From positions 145,793 to 209,792 of the forward strand of contig CAYYQN010000002.1 in NCBI GenBank assembly GCA_964473865.1: a DNA stretch of 64,000 nt, in the 5' to 3' direction. Below the pieces are notes generated by a model. The model saw nothing but the letters and a program-made list of their open reading frames with translations, had not been told where the DNA came from and did no database searches. The DNA is from an uncultured bacterium (GTDB lineage Bacteria; Eisenbacteria; RBG-16-71-46; CAIMUX01). Both the position numbers and the translations under genes were made by a program. The stretch's first letter is position 1. Each line of letters starts with the position of its first letter. Positions 31,233-40,439 of the stretch are shown piece after piece.

Positions 31233-32513
31233 ATGCTCGATCTGAAGTTCATCCGGTCTGATCCGGATCGGGTTCGCCGTGGGCTTGAGGCCAAGAACGC
31301 CCGACACGAGCTGGACCGGATCCTATCGCTCGATGCGGAGCGCCGCCGTCTTCTCCAGGAAGTCGAGACCAGGAAGGCGGAACGAAACCGGAGCTCTCAG
31401 GATGTGCCGCGTCTGAAGACCCAGGGCCAGGACGTCTCCGGTCTCCTCGCCTCGATGAAGCGGTTGGCGGACGAGATCAAGGAGTTGGACGGACGCGTGA
31501 AGGAGTCCGACAGCGAGCTGGAGACCCTGCTTTCCTGGGTGCCCAACCTGCCGCACGAGTCGGTGCCGGTCGGACCCGACGCCTCGGCGAACGTCGAGAT
31601 CCGCCGCTGCGGTCCGCTTCCGACGCCGGCGTTCCGCCCGCGATCGCACTGGGAAATCGGCGAGGAGCTGGGGCTGCTCGACTTCCGGCGCGCCGCTCGC
31701 CTGTCTGGAAGCGGTTTCACCGTCTTTACCGGCCCGGGGGCTCGTCTGCGCCGAGCGCTGATCCGGTACATGCTCGACCAGCACATCCACGACGGCTTCC
31801 TGGAGGTCTCCGTGCCGTACCTGGTGCGGCGCGAGTGCATGTACGGGACCGGACAGCTTCCCAAGATGGAAGAGGACATGTACCACTGCCCGGTGGACGA
31901 CCTCTTTCTCATTCCCACTGCCGAGGTGCCCATCACCAATCTGTACCGGGATGAGGTGCTGGCCGAGTCCGATCTCCCGGTGCGTCTGGTCGGGGAGTCG
32001 CCCTGTTTCCGGCGAGAGGCGGGGACCTACGGCAAGGAGACCCGGGGACTGGTGCGGGTGCACCAGTTCGACAAGGTGGAGATGGTCAAGATCGTCGATC
32101 CCGCCACTTCGTACGACGAACTGGAATCGCTCACCGCTTCCGCCGAGAAGGTGCTCCAGGGGCTGGAGTTGCCGTATCGCGTCCTGGCCCTGGCCAGCGG
32201 CGACCTGTCGTTTGCCGCCGCCAAGTGCTACGACCTGGAGGCGTGGGCCCCGGCAGAGGATCGTTGGCTCGAGGTCTCCTCGTGCAGTAACTTTGAGTCG
32301 TTTCAGGCGCGGCGAATCGGGCTGCGCTACCGTAACGCCGCGGGGAAGCTGGAGCACCCGCACACGCTCAACGGGTCGGGGCTCGCCCTCCCGCGCGTAT
32401 TCGTCGCCCTGCTGGAGGTTCATCAGACCGAACGGGGTACGGTGCGGGTGCCGGCCGCCCTGCAGCCGTACCTGGATGGCCTGCAGGAACTGGGACCGCC
32501 GCCCGGACGCTGA
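31233..32513 (+). CDS. serS: Seryl-tRNA synthetase
   Basis: ATG at 31233 (MLDLKFIRSDPDRVRRGLEAKN...). N-terminal coiled-coil arm and class II motifs (FRREAGTYGKETRGLVRVHQFDKVE; GSGLALPRVFVALLE). Confidence 0.9.
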   Translation: MLDLKFIRSDPDRVRRGLEAKNARHELDRILSLDAERRRLLQEVETRKAERNRSSQDVPRLKTQGQDVSGLLASMKRLADEIKELDGRVKESDSELETLLSWVPNLPHESVPVGPDASANVEIRRCGPLPTPAFRPRSHWEIGEELGLLDFRRAARLSGSGFTVFTGPGARLRRALIRYMLDQHIHDGFLEVSVPYLVRRECMYGTGQLPKMEEDMYHCPVDDLFLIPTAEVPITNLYRDEVLAESDLPVRLVGESPCFRREAGTYGKETRGLVRVHQFDKVEMVKIVDPATSYDELESLTASAEKVLQGLELPYRVLALASGDLSFAAAKCYDLEAWAPAEDRWLEVSSCSNFESFQARRIGLRYRNAAGKLEHPHTLNGSGLALPRVFVALLEVHQTERGTVRVPAALQPYLDGLQELGPPPGR

Positions 32514-32534
32514 CCGGGCGGGGAAGGGAGCGCG

Positions 32535-33737
32535 ATGCGGTCCTCGGGTGCCTCTCCGCAGCTTCTGCGAGCCTACTTCTTCATCGGAGCGCTTCTTCTC
32601 GTCGGCGCCTCGGGTGTATACACGACCTACCTGGCTGGGAGAGTCAAGAAGCAGACCCAGGACTACGCGGACCTGCTCGCCCGCTTCAGCGCCAGCGCCA
32701 CGTTGACCGCCATCGACAATCCGGAGGTGCGGCGCCTCTTCGAGGTGGTCCGGCGGTCCGATCTGCCCCTCGTGCTCACCGACGACCGCGGCCATCCCCG
32801 CGTGTGGAAGCTACCGCCGGGAGCCGACTCCTCGCAGGTGGACCGGTATCTTCGCGAGTTCGACCGCCGCAACCGTCCGATCGACATCCTGACGGCGGAG
32901 GGTCGGGTCTTCGGCCGCATCCACTACGGGGAGCCGGCCCTCGTCAAGCGCCTGCGCTGGGTTCCCGTGGTTCAGATCGCGGCCATCCTCCTCTTCGTGG
33001 CCGTGGGCTACGTGGGTTACTCCAGCATCAAGCAGAGCGAGCAGCGGGCCATCTGGATCGGGCTCGCCAAGGAGACTGCACATCAGCTCGGGACTCCCAT
33101 CTCCTCGCTCCTGGGCTGGGTGGAGCTCCTGCGGGAGCGCCAGGTGGAGGCGGGGCAGACTGAGGGGATGGTGCGACTGCCCGAGGTCTTCCTGAGCGAG
33201 ATCCTCGACGAGATGGAGAACGACGCGGAACGGCTCCAGAAGGTGGCGATGCGGTTCGGCCAGGTCGGGAGCCTGCCTCGGCTCGAAGTGCAGGATGTCG
33301 CGCCGATCGTGAGCGAAGCGGTGCGGTACTTCCGCCGTCGCATTCCCCACCTGGGCCGGAACGTCGAGATCCGCGAGCGGTACGAGCTGGTGCCCCCGGT
33401 CAGCGTGAACAAGGAGCTGATCGAGTGGGTGGTGGAAAACGTCCTGAAGAATGCGGTCGATGCCACCGACCGACAGCACGGGATCATCGAAGTGGAGGTG
33501 GTGCGTCGCCGCGAAACCGAGACGGTGGAGATCCGGGTCATCGATCAGGGCAAGGGGATGTCCCCCGCGGAGATGAAACTGGTCTTCGCCCCCGGGTTCA
33601 CGACGAAACAGCGCGGATGGGGGCTCGGCCTTACCCTGGCCAAACGGATCGTGGAGGAGTACCACGGCGGGCGGGTCTGGTTTGCGCACAGCTCACCCGG
33701 CGAGGGATCCACTGTCGTCATCTCGTTCCCAGCCTGA
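32535..33737 (+). CDS. Sensor histidine kinase (PorY-like partner of the adjacent PorX-type regulator)
   Basis: Two TM helices flanking a periplasmic segment, HisKA with the phospho-His (ETAHQLGTPISSL), and a HATPase_c with N/G boxes (NAVDAT; GKGMS; GWGLGL). Confidence 0.7.
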   Translation: MRSSGASPQLLRAYFFIGALLLVGASGVYTTYLAGRVKKQTQDYADLLARFSASATLTAIDNPEVRRLFEVVRRSDLPLVLTDDRGHPRVWKLPPGADSSQVDRYLREFDRRNRPIDILTAEGRVFGRIHYGEPALVKRLRWVPVVQIAAILLFVAVGYVGYSSIKQSEQRAIWIGLAKETAHQLGTPISSLLGWVELLRERQVEAGQTEGMVRLPEVFLSEILDEMENDAERLQKVAMRFGQVGSLPRLEVQDVAPIVSEAVRYFRRRIPHLGRNVEIRERYELVPPVSVNKELIEWVVENVLKNAVDATDRQHGIIEVEVVRRRETETVEIRVIDQGKGMSPAEMKLVFAPGFTTKQRGWGLGLTLAKRIVEEYHGGRVWFAHSSPGEGSTVVISFPA

Positions 33738-33809
33738 CGCCCCGGCGGGAACCGGCGTTGCCTGCCGTGCGTTCACCTCTGGGCGGGGACGGTGCGCCGA
33801 AGGGGGTAG

Positions 33810-35387
33810 ATGATGACCAGCACGCGGCGGCGCATACTTTGGGCCGATGACGAAATCGACATGCTTCGTCCCCACATCCTCTACCTGCAGGGGAAGGGGT
33901 TCGAGGTTGTCGCGGTTTCCAATGGCGAGGACGCGCTCCAGCTTGCCGAGAAGGAGCGTTTTGACGCCGTTCTTCTCGACGAAATGATGCCCGGCCTCGG
34001 CGGACTCGCCGTCCTGGAAGCGATCCAGGCTGCGGATGCGAGCCTGCCGGTCATCATGGTGACGAAGAGCGAGGAAGAGAACCTGATGGACCGCGCGCTC
34101 GGCCGGCGCATCAGCGACTACCTGACGAAGCCGGTCAATCCGAGCCAGGTCTTTCTCGCGATCAAGAAGGTGCTCGAAAGCGAGGCGCTCCAGCGGACCC
34201 AGAAGACCCGGGACTACGTGGCGGAGTACAACCGCATGCTCTCGCTGCGACACGGCGACCTCGACTGGCGGGACTGGCTGGAGCTCTACCGCGGTGTGGT
34301 CGACTGGGATCTCGAGCTGCGCGGCATGCAGAACGAGAGCCTCCTCCAGGCGCACCTGGACCAGAAAGTCCAGCTCAACCGGGAGTTTGGGCGCTTCATC
34401 GAGACGAACTACCGAGGCTGGCTGGGAAAGCCCCGCGCGGAGCGCCCGCCGCTCTCGGTCGATATCTTCAGCGAGTGGCTTCTGCCGCATCTGCAGGCGG
34501 ATCGCCGGCTGGCCCTGGTGGTGATCGACTGCATGCGGCTCGATCAGTGGCGGATGCTGGAACCGCTGGTCGCCCCCTACTTCGAGGTTCGCACCGAGCA
34601 CTACTACGCGATCCTCCCGACGGCGACCCCCTATGCGCGCAACGCCATCTTCTCGGGGCTCTTTCCCCTCGAGGTGTATCGGCGCTTCCCCGACTGGTGG
34701 CTGGAGGAGGCGCCCAAGGAGGCGGGACGGAATCGGTACGAAAAGGAGTTGATGGAGGATCAGCTCAAGCGGAATCGCCTCTCTCCGGACACCATGCGGT
34801 ATCAGAAGATCTACACCGAGCAGGAGGGCAACCTGCTCCGCCGCAAGGTCGGCACCTGGGGAGACCGTCGATTCCTTGCCTTCGTCTTCAACTTCCTCGA
34901 CATGCTGGCGCACGGCCAGTCTGACTCCGAGATCCTGCACGAGCTGGCCCCGGACGAGGAGGCGCTGCGGAGGCTCCTGCAGTCGTGGTTTCAGCACTCT
35001 GTGCTCCTGGAGGTGCTGCGCATCCTCTCGCGCCAGAACACAGTGGTGGTCGTCACGAGCGACCATGGCCTGGTCCACTGCCGGCGCCCCTCCGTGGTCC
35101 TGGGCAACCGGGAGACCTCGACCAGCATCCGGTACAAGTACGGCGACAACCTGGTCTGTGACGAGAACGAGGCGATCCACATCCGAAAGCCGGACGAGTA
35201 CATGCTGCCGCCGGGACACCTGAACAAGCAGTACGTCCTGGCGCGGGAGAACTACTTCTTCGTGTATCCCACCAACCAGCACCACTACGAGCGGCAGTTC
35301 CGCGGAACCTTCCAGCATGGCGGCGTTTCTCTCGAGGAGATGGTGCTTCCGGTCACGACCCTCATCCCGCGCTCGTCCGAGGCATGA
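33810..35387 (+). CDS. porX: Response regulator with CheY-like receiver fused to a PglZ (alkaline-phosphatase-superfamily) domain; PorX-type T9SS regulator
   Basis: N-terminal receiver (ILWADDEIDMLRP...DAVLLDEMMPGLGG...KPVNP) and a roughly 390-aa C-terminal PglZ-like domain (LVVIDCMRLDQW...VVTSDHG). This architecture is characteristic of PorX. Confidence 0.8.
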   Translation: MMTSTRRRILWADDEIDMLRPHILYLQGKGFEVVAVSNGEDALQLAEKERFDAVLLDEMMPGLGGLAVLEAIQAADASLPVIMVTKSEEENLMDRALGRRISDYLTKPVNPSQVFLAIKKVLESEALQRTQKTRDYVAEYNRMLSLRHGDLDWRDWLELYRGVVDWDLELRGMQNESLLQAHLDQKVQLNREFGRFIETNYRGWLGKPRAERPPLSVDIFSEWLLPHLQADRRLALVVIDCMRLDQWRMLEPLVAPYFEVRTEHYYAILPTATPYARNAIFSGLFPLEVYRRFPDWWLEEAPKEAGRNRYEKELMEDQLKRNRLSPDTMRYQKIYTEQEGNLLRRKVGTWGDRRFLAFVFNFLDMLAHGQSDSEILHELAPDEEALRRLLQSWFQHSVLLEVLRILSRQNTVVVVTSDHGLVHCRRPSVVLGNRETSTSIRYKYGDNLVCDENEAIHIRKPDEYMLPPGHLNKQYVLARENYFFVYPTNQHHYERQFRGTFQHGGVSLEEMVLPVTTLIPRSSEA

Positions 35388-35887
35388 TCCTGCTGGTCTG
35401 GCGCAGCCCGAGCGAGGAGGCCACCGTCCGGTTCGGAATGGCGCTTGGTCGCGCGCTCACCGGTCCAGCCTGGATCGGCCTGCACGGGCCGCTGGGCGCG
35501 GGAAAGACCTGCTTCGCCGCCGGCCTGGCGCGGGGGCTCGGCTACTCCGGTCGCGTCCGCAGCCCGTCGTTTGTGCTGGAGCGCCGCTATCAGGGCCGGT
35601 GGCCGATTCTTCACCTCGATTACTACCGGCTCGAGGGCGACGACGGGGATCTGCGGGCCGGGTGGGAGGAGGAAACTGACGCCGTGGTGCTGGTGGAGTG
35701 GGCGGAGCGGGTGGCCACGCCTCCGCGCGGATCACTCACGGTTCGGCTGGTGCCCGATGGCGAGTCGCGCCGCTGGATCCACCTCGCCTGGACGGCGGGG
35801 GTGAGCCCGGTAGGCGATCTCCGCCTCGAGGAGATTCGGGAGCCGGGGCCGGGCGGGCCCTCTTCGGGGCCGGGAGCGAGCGCATGA
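35384..35887 (+). CDS. tsaE: tRNA t6A37 biosynthesis ATPase TsaE
   Basis: Walker A GPLGAGKT and SPSF/YHLDLYR-like motifs (SPSFVLERRY..., HLDYYRLEG). Confidence 0.8.
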   Translation: MILLVWRSPSEEATVRFGMALGRALTGPAWIGLHGPLGAGKTCFAAGLARGLGYSGRVRSPSFVLERRYQGRWPILHLDYYRLEGDDGDLRAGWEEETDAVVLVEWAERVATPPRGSLTVRLVPDGESRRWIHLAWTAGVSPVGDLRLEEIREPGPGGPSSGPGASA

Positions 35888-36609
35888 TCCGTCGCTGGGT
35901 CGCCGGCCCGGTTCTCGGCCTGGAGACCACAGGCAGGCTCACGGGGGCCGCGGTCTTCGCCGATGGGCGTCTCCTGGCCGAAAGCGCGCTCGACGCGCGG
36001 TCGCTCACCTCGGAACTGCTCCTGGCCCAGGCGGCGCAACTCCTCGAGTCGTGTCGCCTGACGCCGCGCGAACTGGTCCGGGTCGGAGTGGCGATCGGCC
36101 CGGGCTCGTTCACGGGGGTGCGGGTGGGACTGGCCTCCGCTCGGGCCCTGGCGGTCGGCGGGAACCTCGCGCTGGCGGGCGTTCCCTCTCATGAGGCCAT
36201 GGCCTGGCGATATCGAGACCTGGATCGGCCTCTGGCCATCCTCACCGGATTGCGTCGGGGCGAGGTCTTTCTCGAAGTCGGCCGTTGGGACGGCGACCAG
36301 TGGCGGCCGCTGTTCCCCGGCGCCGGCATCCCGGTCGACCGAGTGCGCGCCTGCCTCACTGCCGTGCCCGGCGCTGGGTCGTGCCTCTTGTTGGGCGAGG
36401 CGGCCGGTCTGCCAGATCTTGCCGGTGAGCTGGAGGGACTCGGCCGCCTGGTGGAAGAACCGCTCAGCGCGGCCCGGCGCCCGGCGCCCGTCGCGTGCCT
36501 GGCGGCGCGCCTGACCGCTCCCACGCTCCGCGGCGCGGATCTGGACTCGCTGGAGCCTTTGTACCTGCGAGCTGCCGACGCCCGGCGCCCCGAGGGACCC
36601 GGTGCCTGA
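35884..36609 (+). CDS. tsaB: tRNA t6A37 biosynthesis protein TsaB (YeaZ)
   Basis: ATG at 35884. YeaZ/Kae1-like N-terminus (VLGLETTGRLTGAAVFADGRLL..., GPGSFTGVRVGLA). Confidence 0.75.
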   Translation: MIRRWVAGPVLGLETTGRLTGAAVFADGRLLAESALDARSLTSELLLAQAAQLLESCRLTPRELVRVGVAIGPGSFTGVRVGLASARALAVGGNLALAGVPSHEAMAWRYRDLDRPLAILTGLRRGEVFLEVGRWDGDQWRPLFPGAGIPVDRVRACLTAVPGAGSCLLLGEAAGLPDLAGELEGLGRLVEEPLSAARRPAPVACLAARLTAPTLRGADLDSLEPLYLRAADARRPEGPGA

Positions 36610-36775
36610 GGAGCCGCCGGTCCGGCCGCCGGGCCTCCCCCATCCGGGAGATCCTCCAGGCTCGTGCGCCGCCGGCGACACGGAGGATCGGGGTCGTCGG
36701 CCCCCGGCGGCCTCCCCGGGATCTCCGGGCTCCCCAGACGCGAGACCGGCCCCACCCGGTTCGTCCATCGTTCCG

Positions 36776-37267
36776 ATGGCGGAAGCGCATCTGGCGCAGA
36801 TCGTCCGCCTGGAGCGACGGATCTTTCCCGACCCGTGGTCAAAGCGCGCGTTTCGCGAGGAGTTGGCCCGCGCCGCGCGGGGCGGGTATTCTCGCGTCCT
36901 TGTGGAATCAGGGGCGGTCCGCGCCTACAGCGTGGCCTGGTTTGTCGCGGACGAGGCGCACCTGGCGAACCTCGCGACCGATCCAGGACATCGCGGGCGC
37001 GGCCTGGCCGGAGCGCTCCTCCGGGATTTCCTGTCCGAAGCCCGGTGCCGAGGAACCGCCAATGTCTGGCTCGAGGTCCGGACCGGCAACGCCGTGGCGA
37101 TCGGGCTCTACCAGGCGCATGGCTTCCGCGCGGCGGGAGTCCGGAAAGGGTACTATCGGAAGGAGCGCGAGGACGCGCTGGTGATGGTGCTCCCGCTGGA
37201 GGCGGAGACGGGCCAAGGGGAGGGGCTTCTGGATGGCGGATCGGGCGGAGTCGAAGGGGAAGGATGA
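36776..37267 (+). CDS. rimI: Ribosomal-protein-alanine N-acetyltransferase RimI (GNAT)
   Basis: GNAT motifs (LANLATDPGHRGRGLAGALL; LEVRTGNAVAIGLYQAHGF). ATG at 36776. The upstream part of the ORF-track frame is Pro-rich and probably non-coding. Confidence 0.7.
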   Translation: MAEAHLAQIVRLERRIFPDPWSKRAFREELARAARGGYSRVLVESGAVRAYSVAWFVADEAHLANLATDPGHRGRGLAGALLRDFLSEARCRGTANVWLEVRTGNAVAIGLYQAHGFRAAGVRKGYYRKEREDALVMVLPLEAETGQGEGLLDGGSGGVEGEG

Positions 37268-38099
37268 CGGGTCGCCCGCGCCGCCCGGCACCTGGGTGAA
37301 GTGCCCGGGCTGTGACGAGATCCTCTCTCGGCAGGGGCTGGAGCAGGCACTCTGGGTCTGCCAGAGCTGCGACCACCACTTCGGGATATCGCGCGACGGG
37401 ATCTCGGCGCTGGAGTACGTGAACCTGTTGGTCGATCCTGGTTCCTTCACCGAGCTCTTCGGCGGGATCACCTCGGTCGATCCGCTGGGATTCCGGGACT
37501 CGATCCGCTACAAGGATCGTCTGGCCAAGGCCACCGCCGGCGGCCGGCGGGAAGCGGTGATCACCGGTCGTGGCTCCCTCGACGGCCTGCCCCTCCATCT
37601 GGCGGTGATGGACTTCGGATTCCTGGGCGGCAGCATGGCCTCGGCGGTGGGGGAGAAGATCACCCGCACCGCACAGGAAGCGCTCCGCGCCGAGACTCCC
37701 CTGGTCATCGTGTCTTCCTCCGGGGGGGCGCGGATGCAGGAAGGGATCTTCTCGCTGATGCAGATGGCCAAGACCTCGGCGCTTCTGGCGCGACTCGCCG
37801 AGGCCCACCTCCCCTTCGTCTCGATCTGCACGCATCCCACCACCGGAGGCGTGACCGCGAGCTTCGCGTCGCTGGGCGATGTCATCCTGGCCGAGCCCGG
37901 CGCGCTGATCGGATTCGCCGGGCAACGGGTGATCGAGCAGACGATCAAGCAGAAGCTGCCCGAGGGCTTTCAGCGCTCCGAGTTCCTCCTCGAGCATGGG
38001 ATGATCGACCGAATCGTGCCCCGCCGGGAGATGCGCGAAACCCTCTCCACGCTCTTGCGGCAGTTCATGGACGCGCGATCGGCGCGCGGTTCCGCGTGA
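37233..38099 (+). CDS. accD: Acetyl-CoA carboxylase carboxyltransferase beta subunit
   Basis: N-terminal Zn ribbon (CPGCDEIL...CQSCDHH) and the carboxyltransferase body. Confidence 0.85.
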   Translation: MADRAESKGKDDGSPAPPGTWVKCPGCDEILSRQGLEQALWVCQSCDHHFGISRDGISALEYVNLLVDPGSFTELFGGITSVDPLGFRDSIRYKDRLAKATAGGRREAVITGRGSLDGLPLHLAVMDFGFLGGSMASAVGEKITRTAQEALRAETPLVIVSSSGGARMQEGIFSLMQMAKTSALLARLAEAHLPFVSICTHPTTGGVTASFASLGDVILAEPGALIGFAGQRVIEQTIKQKLPEGFQRSEFLLEHGMIDRIVPRREMRETLSTLLRQFMDARSARGSA

Positions 38100-39466
38100 G
38101 CTGGGAAGAGGCCATTCGCCGCCTCTATCATCTCGAGCGGCGGGGCATCAAGCTCGATCTGGAGCGCGTGCGGGACTGCCTGCATAGCCTGGGCGATCCC
38201 CAGCGGACGTTTGACTCCATTCTCGTTGCCGGCACCAACGGCAAGGGCTCCACTGCTTCCGCGCTCGCCTCGATTCTCTCGCTCTCCGGCACTCCTACCG
38301 CTCTCTACACCTCACCGCATCTGCTCGACTTTCGTGAGCGGATCCGGATCGACGGGCGGATGGACGACCGTGCGGCGCTGCACGAAATCCTGGAGCGCGA
38401 CTGGGAGGCCTGGGAACGCTTCGAGCTCTCGTTCTTCGAGGCTGCGACCGTCCTCGCGCTGGCGCGTTTTCGGGAGGCGGGCGTGCGCCTGGCGGTGCTG
38501 GAGGTCGGTCTCGGGGGGAGGCTCGACGCCACGAACACGGTGGAGCCGATTCTGTCCGTGGTCACGTCCCTGGGGATGGATCACGCGCACATCCTGGGAA
38601 GCAGCGCGGCGGCCATCGCTCGGGAGAAGGCCGGCATCTTCCGGGCGGGTGTGCCGGCGGTCACGGATGGCGGCGCGGTCGGCGCCCCGGCGGCATTGGC
38701 GGCACGAGCGCGCGAGGTGGGGGCGGAACTCTATCCGCGCAACCGCTGCGTGCGGGTGAGCGCGCTTGCTCCGGCCGGTGCGGGCCTGGGAGTCCGCTTC
38801 CGGCTCGCCCGCCGGCCGGCGGCGCCCGCCGGCTTTGCGCTACCGCCCGACGGCCTGTCCCTGGAGTCGGCTCTTCCGGGCACGCACCAGGCCGGCAATC
38901 TGGCGCTGTCGGCGCTGTCCGCGGCGGTTCTGCGGGGGCGGGGATTCGCCATCACGGATGCCCAGATCGTCGAGGGGATTCGACGCGTGCGCTGGCCCGG
39001 TCGGTTGGAGCGGCCGCGCCCGGGCGCTGCATTCGTCGCCGACGTTGCCCACAACCGGGAGGGTGCGCGAGTGCTGGCTCGGCACCTGACTGCGCAGGCT
39101 CGCGGGCGCGAGGTGCGGCCGGTCGTGGGCATGGTTCAGGGGAAGGATCACGCCGGCTTCTTTCGCGAGCTCGCCCGCGTGGCGTCCGCCGCATGGGTTG
39201 CACCCCTCCTTGATGAGCGGGGCGCGCCCGTGGAACTCCTGGCTGCGGCCGCCGCGTCGGCCGGCCTCGCGGTGCGCGCCGCCGGTTCGGTCGCCGCGGC
39301 GCTCGACATGGCGCTTCCCGGGGCCCGCGAACCCGACGGACCGCTGGTGGTGTTGTGTGGCTCGTTCCACACCCTGGAGGAAGGGTACCGGAAGCTCGGC
39401 GTGCCGGCGCAGGAACGGCTCTGGGATCCGGAGAAGGATGGGGATGCGGCCGGCGCTCGGTTTTGA
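38096..39466 (+). CDS. folC: Folylpolyglutamate synthase / dihydrofolate synthase
   Basis: Mur-ligase P-loop (VAGTNGKGST) and FolC-like body. Typical accD-folC pairing. Confidence 0.8.
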   Translation: MSWEEAIRRLYHLERRGIKLDLERVRDCLHSLGDPQRTFDSILVAGTNGKGSTASALASILSLSGTPTALYTSPHLLDFRERIRIDGRMDDRAALHEILERDWEAWERFELSFFEAATVLALARFREAGVRLAVLEVGLGGRLDATNTVEPILSVVTSLGMDHAHILGSSAAAIAREKAGIFRAGVPAVTDGGAVGAPAALAARAREVGAELYPRNRCVRVSALAPAGAGLGVRFRLARRPAAPAGFALPPDGLSLESALPGTHQAGNLALSALSAAVLRGRGFAITDAQIVEGIRRVRWPGRLERPRPGAAFVADVAHNREGARVLARHLTAQARGREVRPVVGMVQGKDHAGFFRELARVASAAWVAPLLDERGAPVELLAAAAASAGLAVRAAGSVAAALDMALPGAREPDGPLVVLCGSFHTLEEGYRKLGVPAQERLWDPEKDGDAAGARF

Positions 39467-40439
39467 CATTGGCGGGACTGCCGTGAAGGCCGGCCGGCTC
39501 GGGCCGGAGGGTGCGATCGAGGCGCGCCTGGAGCGGCCGAGCCCGGCGCAAGAGAGGCCGGCGGTGATGGCCGCCCTCCTGGCCGACATGGCCCGAGAGC
39601 TGGGCCTGCCCGCTTTCCGGCCTGCGCCGGCGCCGGAAGAGACGGCGGGCCGCCTGGACACCCCATTCCCTCTCGGAATCGGCTGCGCCGGCCTCGTTGA
39701 TCCCTGGCGGGGCCTGGTGCTCACATCTCCAAACCTGCCCGGCTGGCAGCCGGAAGTCCCGCTTGCCGAGCTGGTGGAGCGGGAAGTCGGGGTCCAGCCG
39801 GTGTTGTTGAACGATGCCAACGCCTTCGTCCTGGCTGAGACCCGGCTGGGTGCGGGGCGGGGTGCTCGGACCGTTGTCGGAATCACAATGGGCACGGGCG
39901 TTGGGGGGGGGCTGGTTCTGGACGGCACCCTCTGGATCGGCCGGCATGGCGCGGCGGGCGAGATCGGGCACGTCCCGCTGATGGTGGATGGCCCCCTCTG
40001 CGTATGCGGGGCCCGGGGCTGCCTGGAGTCTCTCGTCGGCTCGCGCGCCATTCTCGCGCGTCACCGGACGCTCGGTGGATCTCCCGCCCTCGCCCGGAAC
40101 GATCACCCGCAGTGCGCGCCGGCGCCGCTCACGGTGTATCTGCTCGCCCAGCGAGCGGCGGATGGAGACGCCGCGGCGATCGCGACCTTCACCGAGACCG
40201 GACGGCTCCTGGGGCTGGCGCTGGCCGGCCTCACGCAGCTGCTGGATCCGGAACTGTTCGTGGTGGGGGGCGGGATCTCGCGCTCGGCCCCGCTGTTCCT
40301 TCCCGCGGCGCGCCGCGCCCTCGAGGGGGCGGCCATGCTGCCCGCGGCGATGCAACCTCGGGTGGTTCCGGCAGTTCTCGGGCCCGACGCGGGATGGATC
40401 GGCGCGGCGCGAGCCGCGGCCGAAGGGAGCGCGGGGTGA
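39438..40439 (+). CDS. ROK-family sugar kinase (glucokinase-like)
   Basis: ROK N-terminal ATPase motif (LGFDIGGTAVKAG) and the ROK Zn motif (GHVPLMVDGPLCVCGARGCLE). Confidence 0.75.
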   Translation: MGMRPALGFDIGGTAVKAGRLGPEGAIEARLERPSPAQERPAVMAALLADMARELGLPAFRPAPAPEETAGRLDTPFPLGIGCAGLVDPWRGLVLTSPNLPGWQPEVPLAELVEREVGVQPVLLNDANAFVLAETRLGAGRGARTVVGITMGTGVGGGLVLDGTLWIGRHGAAGEIGHVPLMVDGPLCVCGARGCLESLVGSRAILARHRTLGGSPALARNDHPQCAPAPLTVYLLAQRAADGDAAAIATFTETGRLLGLALAGLTQLLDPELFVVGGGISRSAPLFLPAARRALEGAAMLPAAMQPRVVPAVLGPDAGWIGAARAAAEGSAG

